This document shows, one piece after another, positions 56,924-64,000 of a stretch of 64,000 bases of DNA; the stretch's first letter is position 1; every line of letters starts with the position of its first letter. The position numbers and the translations under genes are program-made. Origin of the DNA: Trichinella spiralis. Taxonomy: Eukaryota. The notes under the pieces are model-generated. The model made no database searches. It was not told the DNA's origin and saw nothing but the letters and a program-made list of their open reading frames with translations. The stretch covers positions 5,158,588 through 5,222,587 of the forward strand of contig NW_003526943.1 of NCBI RefSeq assembly GCF_000181795.1, given 5' to 3'.

Positions 56924-58386
56924 TCGCGCTTTTTGAAAATTGTAAGCATGCTTGTTGGTTTTGTTTTGTCCTGGTTTAATCTTCAAACGAAGATAGATAT
57001 ATTTAAAAGTTTCAGTGTACTCTAATATAATTTCAGTGACAATTCTTATTCAACTAGACTAAACTGAATTTTAGCTTATTTGTATTGCTTCGTGGGATCA
57101 GCAAAGAGAAAGCATTTGCCGTAGGTGCTGAAATTGCTGCGTCTATAACTGAAATGAATCCCTATCCAGTGAAGTTGAAATTTGAAAAAGTGAAATTTGT
57201 CGTATTTTATTTGTTTTCTTTGATCTTAGAATTTATTCTTCTTAGGTTTATTATCCGTGCATTTTACAAACGAAAAAACGTTACGTCGGCTATTCGTACC
57301 AGTCTGTCGATCAAATGACACCGACTTTTGACGCCAAAGGAATCGAAACTGTTCGTCGGGATACTTGCCCTGCTGTTTCTAAAGTATAAGCAGTTGATTT
57401 TGTTCTGCTCTAGATTGTTACTAGTGAAAATGTCTTTCCACAGATACTGGAAAAATCTTTGCGCATACTGTTCGAAACGAACGATATCAACAATGTTCGC
57501 AATTACGTTTGTGAACAATTTCAAAAGATTCTTTCCGGCTCTGTGCCATTGATGGATTTCATTTTTGCCAAAGAATATCGAGGTAAAGCTTATTACAGGC
57601 AAAATGCGAGCGTCCCGTCTCTGCACATAGCAAAGTTGGTTTTTTTTTAATTTTATTTACTTATTTATTCATGTACAGTAATTTAATTTGATGTTCAGGC
57701 GTCGAATGATTCGTGATCATCGTGCAGAGCCGAGAATTCGTGAAAGAGTTCGCTATTTGATTGTATGCGGAGAACCGAAGTGTACATTGATTTCATGCGT
57801 CAAGGAGCCGGAAGAATTTTTGCTGAATCCAGGACTGCGTTTAAATGTAATTTATTATATTGTTCGTCAAATTTCGCCAGCTTTGAATCGATGTTTCAAC
57901 ATGCTTGGTCACGACGCGCTTCGTTGGTTTGAACGAATGCCAAAACGTATCCACTACAGTCGATTGGAACAACGCGATCGTTGGTTTTACGGTAGAATAA
58001 GTGTGGGTGAATTTTGTTCTGTTTAACGTTATTTATTTGTGGTTACAGAAGCGGATAGAAGGGGTCAGCTGACGTTGTCGCAATATTTTCCAGTCAATGC
58101 TTGTCCCGTTTGTAAAATGCCAACAACTTTGTCAGTTTGCAGCAGTTGCAGAGAGGATTCTTTGAACAGTTGTCTGTGCCTTTTGAAAGAGCAAAAACAT
58201 TTGCAACGGTGTTGCTCGAGTTTGATTCGACTGTGCTATGCGTGTAGCAACATTTTGCACAGCCCTGCTGCGATGGTAAATGAAGGCTGCACATCACTGG
58301 ACTGTCCCGTCTATTTCAAACGACAAAGATGCGGACATTTGATTTCTCGCATTCGTGAATGCGGCGATATTTTGGATACGTTTTAA
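49585..58386 (+). CDS. rev-3: DNA polymerase zeta catalytic subunit, multi-exon
   Basis: N-terminal FAVRIVQCDHYM..VPVLRIFG, DPDVIVGYEIQ, RTSELARLFGIQFFDVLSRGSQFRVESMLLR, VLDFQSLYPSI, KLIANVTYGYTSANFSGRMPC, VVYGDTD|SLFV, KKRYVG and C-terminal CysA/CysB clusters. Confidence 0.95.
55066..55126. repeat. (ATT)n microsatellite in a REV3 intron
   Basis: Directly visible trinucleotide run just before the acceptor at about 55129. Confidence 0.9.
56028..56648 (-). CDS. Intronless MSP-domain protein, 206 aa, nested antisense in REV3 intron 55699-57074
   Basis: FAITNPTNVTIGFHLRSTRPSAIIVNPTYGYI..SDRLTVLLAVKP; uninterrupted ORF lying wholly within a GT-AG intron. Confidence 0.85.
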   Translation of the reverse strand: MAEKMSKEEDSNKALEKISLPFQEIKVWLSCTQRRHIKFAITNPTNVTIGFHLRSTRPSAIIVNPTYGYIEKHDFAMAKVYFPKVDEHDFKVRSDRLTVLLAVKPEDLPISEPKLLWDEKDHRLDIFARRCITVKYSKPFENQKIKTSRKSSTKGKETTDEQINEQKTQSRKDAETNAAAQAIKTVQSNDNDGECEEDGSTEDDQQ

Positions 58387-58699
58387 TTTCTTTTGTATTT
58401 CATTTCAATGGTTTTCACAACGTGAAAATTTAAATATATAAATAACATGAAAAGCATTTTGTAGAACTGATCTGTTGATTGACATTGCAGTACAAAATAA
58501 TTGTGAAATGTAATATTCGAAGTGAGTTTGCTTAAATCAAGAGAAATATAAGCTACTTAATTTTGTGCTAGCTGCAAGTGGCAATTTTATTAAACTACTA
58601 ACTAGGAATTAAAATAAATTTCAGCAACTTGTAATAGATAATCTTATCAATTTTGACATTTTTACTCATCAAAGAAAGCAAACCAAACACGAACGCATA

Positions 58700-59100
58700 T
58701 ACATAACTACCGCCACTACTGCAGTAAAACAAACATGTAGTAACTGGCTAGGAATCTTACCATCGACAGTCATGTCCAAGACAAATTCCAGATGGACTGC
58801 TTCCAGCAACATATATGTGAAATCCCACACGTAGCTTCTCTTTTCAAACTAGCAGCGTCTTTGCTTCGTTTATCATATCTCAACTTACATTCATAAATGG
58901 TGTGTGTCACCGGTTTGATCAAAGTAGCAAGACGCTGATTCAACTTTGCTAGAAGGCAAGGATTATTGCTCTACCGCAAATGAGATACTTTGAAACGCGA
59001 CCATCCCTTTGACGACACTCCTTCTTGCAGAATGCAATACTTAAAAAGCAGTGCGATTGATCGATCACTGCACGCAGCTGCTGCTCTTGAATTTCACCAA
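58700..59100 (-). mobile_element. Possible decayed piggyBac C-terminal fragment
   Basis: Weak fragments (LRYDK.., Cys-containing tail) resemble the piggyBac C-terminus; many stops. Confidence 0.3.
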
Positions 59101-59469
59101 CTAAAACTACAATTTAGAAAATTTTGAAAAGCCAGCATTTTCTAGCACTTTCAGATCGGATTTATTTTCTAATCTGAAAATTCTGAATTTTTACAGTTTT
59201 GATGTACGATGGATATCATCATCACGTGGAAAATTTTTTTTGAATTCAGCAACATCTTGGTACTTTCCCGTTCTGAATCATATACGATACACTCAGTCTG
59301 AAGGGATCAATTTAACATGCAGCGGTTATTATTATGCGTAAGCATTTCATATTTTTATACGTAAACGTTTTGCGAATGCTCATAACAACAACTTGTCAAA
59401 ACATCATGTGGTATCATGTGTACATGCATGCTATACAAATTTCAATCACCTACAATTTCCGTCTCGAAT

Positions 59470-59792
59470 TTTTATCATCATTTATTAATACTTGAAATTG
59501 ATATGGACGGCATGTAACAAGTAAGAAAATTATGTGTCTACATAACCCTATATCTTGTTGGTGAGGCAGAGGAATTCTCTGATATCAGATACAAATAGTC
59601 GACACCGTAAAGGCCTGATTGGATATTATTCAAATTGCCCTCCGTTTTATCGTCGTCTTTTATGCACTGGATTGACATTAAGATATATGCTGATGTCATT
59701 GTCACCATGCGACTATCATACCAAGCAAAGGCAGTGGTCCCAGTTTTCTTTTCTGTTCGAAAACCCATAGCTCCTCTTCCGCTTATTTTTTT
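59470..59792 (-). mobile_element. piggyBac transposase relic, distal part
   Basis: SGRGAMGFR..AFAWYDSRMVTMTSAY..YGVD resembles piggyBac GRG.MD.R..W.DN+.V...ST..MGGVD. Confidence 0.7.
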
Positions 59793-61174
59793 TGCTTGTG
59801 TTCTTTACGGCAATACCCACAGGTGAGAAGGTTTTCATTTTCAACAGAAAAGCAGAAATAAAAGAAAGCAATTATTTAATGTAAACCAGATTTGAATCCA
59901 ATAACTTGATGTTGTGATAAGGTAACAATGAAATTGATTTCACCATTTTACAATGGCAGAAAAAATTGCAAAGTTACATCAAACACTTTTTGCTTACTTT
60001 TTTGCTAATAATTTTATTAAAATATAAGCAGATTAACGTTAATTTAATAAATTTTGCTAAAATGTGAAAATTATTCTACAAATTATGAGCAGATATGAGA
60101 AAAAACGAAGTCAAAAGCCCGTTATTGTTTATCTTGCTTTGCTTCACCCTTATCATTGCTGGTCGTCTTCGGTTGATCCATCTTCCTCACATTCTCCGTC
60201 ATTATCATTTGACTGGACTGTTTTGATCGCTTGTGCAGCGGCATTGGTTTCTGCATCCTTGCGAGATTGTGTTTTTTGTTCATTAATTTGTTCGTCAGTT
60301 GTTTCTTTTCCTTTTGTTGAACTCTTTCTACTTGTCTTGATCTTTTGATTTTCGAACGGTTTGCTGTACTTCACAGTGATGCACCTGCGAGCGAAGATAT
60401 CCAGCCTATGATCTTTCTCATCCCACAGAAGCTTGGGTTCTGAAATTGGTAGGTCTTCAGGTTTCACTGCTAACAGTACTGTCAAACGATCTGACCGCAC
60501 TTTGAAATCGTGCTCGTCGACTTTTGGAAAATAAACTTTTGCCATAGCAAAATCATGCTTTGCGATGTAGCCGTACGTTGGGTAGACGATGATTGCAGAG
60601 GGTCTGGTGCTTCTCAAGTGGAACCCGATGGTAACGTTAGTGGGATTTGTGATTGCAAACTTGATATGTCGCCGTTGTGTACATGACAGCCAGACTTTTA
60701 TTTCTTGGAACGGAAGGGAAATTTTTTCCAGCGCTTTGTTGCTGTCTTCTTCTTTTGACATTTTCTCAGCCATTGTATTGCTAGGACAGCCACACTGCTA
60801 AGTTGGTTCTACCAAAATAAGCTGTGAACAGTTGAACTGATGGTACATATACATTGGCTCATGTGTAACTTTGAACTTTTAAATATTTTAAATTGGTTTG
60901 TTTTAAAGTGATTTCTATATTTGTTTAAAAATTTACTTTAAACAGATGCAGGCGCAAGATTTATCATTTTGAAAAGTGCTCAGTTTCAATTCTGCAATGT
61001 AATTTACTCAATAATAATAATAATAAAATCAAGCTTTTTGAAACTTGTGAGCATGTTTGTTGATTTTGTTTTGTTCTGGTTTAATCTTCAAACAAAGATT
61101 GATATACTTAAAAGTTTTAATATACTGTAATATACTTTCAATAACAATTATTATTCAAATGATCAAACTAAATT
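59793..61174 (+). repeat. Duplicate of REV3 segment 55669-57070 (exon tail plus nearly the whole intron)
   Basis: Alignable by eye along its whole length at an offset of about 4.1 kb (4125 over the CDS). Confidence 0.97.
60153..60773 (-). CDS. Intronless MSP-domain protein, 206 aa, second copy
   Basis: Identical to 56028-56648 except N>Y and E>A in IV(N/Y)PTYGYI(E/A)K. Confidence 0.85.
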   Translation of the reverse strand: MAEKMSKEEDSNKALEKISLPFQEIKVWLSCTQRRHIKFAITNPTNVTIGFHLRSTRPSAIIVYPTYGYIAKHDFAMAKVYFPKVDEHDFKVRSDRLTVLLAVKPEDLPISEPKLLWDEKDHRLDIFARRCITVKYSKPFENQKIKTSRKSSTKGKETTDEQINEQKTQSRKDAETNAAAQAIKTVQSNDNDGECEEDGSTEDDQQ

Positions 61175-61588
61175 ACTGTGCATTACTTGAAATACGAAAT
61201 ACTTGAAAAGTCAAAAATACAAAATCATACAGCAGTCCGGACCTTCCACACCGGGAAAAAACTTCGATGTCTCACTTGTTCAGCTTATTTGGTAAATACT
61301 GTTTTAGGCGAGGTTTGCCCTTGTGAGGTATCACTTGCTCATCGATGGCCTGTTCTTCATCATTTTCCATTGCAGTGCAATTCTGGCGAAAGGTCTCCAA
61401 AGACGAACGGATTTTGTAAAGATGATCATAAACAGCATGATTTTGTCCAGGATTGCATTTGAATTATCAGTGAAATGAAGGTAGCGAAGCATCTCAAAAA
61501 CCTGTGGTATGGGATGTCCTCCAAGCAAAAACTTTGACTGCAATATATTCTGCAACGTGATCATCCTGAAACACCCATTTTCAGGGAA
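61175..61588 (-). mobile_element. piggyBac transposase relic, proximal catalytic part
   Basis: FEMLRYLHFTDNSN..LYKIR..ETFRQNC..EQAIDEQVIPHKGKPRLKQYLPNK..SGLLYDF (DDE_Tnp_1_7-like), frameshifted. Confidence 0.85.
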
Positions 61589-62357
61589 GTTTTCAAGCCT
61601 GCTAAATTTCATTAGTTGTTGTTGCGATGAATTTTACTAGTTGTTCGGATGTGTACATTTATATATTTTACTTATTTGTATATTTTACTGGTTGTTATTT
61701 TTATGCATTCTACTTGTCAAATTTTGGTTTCTTTTTAATGGTCATTTTTATATTCTAAGCTTTACTATTTATCTTCTATGTATATATATGTATAATAGTA
61801 GTAGATAATTTATAAGTTTAAAAGCTTACTAGAATTTCAAAATTATAAGTTTATTAACAAATTTTCTTGCGGTTTCATTTTTGTGTATAATTATATTCAT
61901 ACAACTGCTGATCAGATCTAAGAAATTCACTTTACTTTATGTTGCATATTGCATGTGTACTATTAAGCATTTTAAAGACCTTGTTTAAAAGTTTGCTTTC
62001 TATCAATTTGTTTCTTAATATGATGAAGTTAAAAATAAGTTTAAATTGAATTTAGAAGTTACAGGTGCTATTAGTAAGAAAGATCACGTGGATTCACCAT
62101 TTCATTGAATTTCATTAAATAATTAATTGTAATTAATTTCACTAAATAAATATTATAAAATAGTAATTTTTTAATATACATATATAATATAGAAGATAAA
62201 TAGTAACGCTTTGAATGTCAGAAAACTGACCATTAAAAAGAAATCAAAATTTGACAAATAGCACGCATTACAATGACAACCAATAAAAATTTAGATTTGC
62301 GACAACGAATAAAACTCATCGCAACAACAACTAATGAATTTTAGCCGGCTTGAAAAC
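61589..62357. mobile_element. Foldback/MITE-like element with ~200 bp imperfect inverted arms
   Basis: gttttcaagcctgctaaatttcattagttgttgttgcgatg (61589) versus catcgcaacaacaactaatgaattttagccggcttgaaaac (ends 62357). Further inverted blocks ttgtcaaattttg..aatggtca and tttactatttatcttctat match inward. Confidence 0.8.
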
Positions 62358-62399
62358 CAATGAAATTTAGAACCCATCAAATGTTGAGCGGCGTGCCTT

Positions 62400-62895
62400 T
62401 GAAGTCAAAACCGAGAGTCACCAATCCATTTTCAGAACAATGCCCATAAACTGGATCATGTGGTCACTAAGAAACGGGATCTTTCAGTTTCCCTGATATA
62501 TACCATCCCCTTTGGACTTTTCTGCCATGTTATCATTGTATTTCATTGTCACTAATAATTGCTTGAAGTATTCGAACAGATCCCGTATCTTGTCTACGTT
62601 TAAATGAACCGCAGCATGATATCTACATACTAAAATGAACGTTTACTTTTGAAGCTCATCATCCAACATGTCACCGACAGTTTGTTTCCGGTGTTACTTT
62701 ATCCATGTCCAGGATTTACTGATGTCCACTGGAACACTGTCCACTGAGCTTTCTGATAAAGATCATCAGGTGCGATTACTTGTTCTTCGTCTCTCAGTGT
62801 CTGGTTCTGAGATGTCTGCATCAGGAAACCCGCTGACTTCAACAACACGACCACCAAATCTATTTGTCCGTACTTTCCGCTCTGCACCCATGTGA
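62400..62895 (-). mobile_element. piggyBac-like N-terminal relic (second copy)
   Basis: DLFEYFKQLL and MIQFMGIVLKM fragments after an acidic N-terminal stretch. Confidence 0.5.
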
Positions 62896-62899
62896 TGAT

Positions 62900-63641
62900 T
62901 CGTGAATAAGCACGTCAAAACTCAAGGGATATCAAATGCTTGATCAGGACTGACGTTGAAATAATAATGAGCCTCTTCCAACTGCAGTTGCAAATCTAAC
63001 AAATTGTCACGGAACGCCATCACTTCCTAGAGTAGTTCCCGGATGACATCAGGATGCGACGCTTCTTCGCAGAGTTACATCAGTTGATCGACCATACCTT
63101 GAAGTTTCGCCCTTCGAACTTCTACTTTGTTCACCAAAGTCTCGGCCTACATGACAAATCTATTCGAACAGGGAACGTATGTCAAACTGAGTGGATTTCC
63201 CCTTGCCTTTCGCCAAGACATCAGCTCGTAGGACCAGAATGTAACGAACAAAACTACGGGTTCACTAGCTCGCGATCGTGGTGGACTGTAGTTTTTTCGC
63301 ACTGAAAGGCAGGAAAGTCTAATACTTTCGACAATCCAACCTTAACCGTGTTGCACTCACTTCCGTCACGATAACCGTCTATCGAAACTAGATCAAGTAT
63401 CGACACTGTTTACTCAAAACGAAGCATAGTGAGTCAAAGATAATAAAACAAAGAAATCACTCGATATAGCACAAACAAACAAAAAACAGACACACTGAAA
63501 GCATCCTTCGAAACAAACGACAAACAAACCGAGCCAAACGAGCGAGCTCACACGCGTGGCCACCGTACACTATAATATTCTAAATACTGACGGGCAGGTT
63601 CCTTCGCGTTGACAACAGAAACCCTTCTTCCGTCGTCTACA
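62900..63641 (-). mobile_element. BEL/Pao retrotransposon 5' LTR (63240-63641), PBS and truncated gag
   Basis: TGTA...TACA-bounded 402-bp segment. On the minus strand it is followed 3 nt later by TGGTCCTACGAGC (BEL/Pao-type PBS) and a stop-riddled coiled-coil gag-like frame. Confidence 0.75.
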
Positions 63642-64000
63642 GTGGGAAATGTATTTTATAATTCATTTACATTAGCGAAATCAATTTATATTAGAATATC
63701 AGTAATCATTCGGTCTTTATAAATTTTAAATTGCGTTGGACATTTTGCATTTTTAGTTTTATTCTGAACAACAATTGTAGCTTCTGCCTACTCATCAACA
63801 ATAATTAAACACAATTGTTCCTGTTTTTAATGCCTATGAGCAGTATGTTTTAATTGAGTTTCTCACAATGTAGTTGAGATAAAGTATATTTAATTTAATT
63901 TTTATTCGGATGAAATTGTTTTCCCAATTTCACAAGTCTACAATTTTAAAGATTTTCAAGTACATAATTTTGTACAGTAAACAAGAATTACAGTGCAACA

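Overview
AT-rich, intron-dense eukaryotic DNA, most consistent with a clade I nematode such as Trichinella (inferred from composition, short introns, MSP-domain genes and transposon types; not verified). Spliced genes in order: ISWI/SMARCA5 (5' part, minus), RPL6, TOPBP1-like (minus), RILPL1-like, methionine synthase reductase, a secreted bacterial-type DyP/YfeX peroxidase, an SLC34 Na/Pi cotransporter, PPTC7 and REV3. Four intronless MSP-domain genes are also present. One lies antisense inside the REV3 intron that splits the catalytic YGDTD|S motif. Almost that whole intron is copied about 4.1 kb downstream, between two collinear halves of a dead piggyBac transposase, with a near-identical central tract. 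Transposon relics occupy 3.5-11.8 kb (Ty3/gypsy, MULE, hAT MITE) and 58.7-63.6 kb (piggyBac, foldback element, BEL/Pao LTR). Two hairpin-rich non-coding islands (about 8.35-8.7 kb and 14.53-14.87 kb) are unexplained. Exon boundaries and base pairings were read by eye, so gene spans are approximate.
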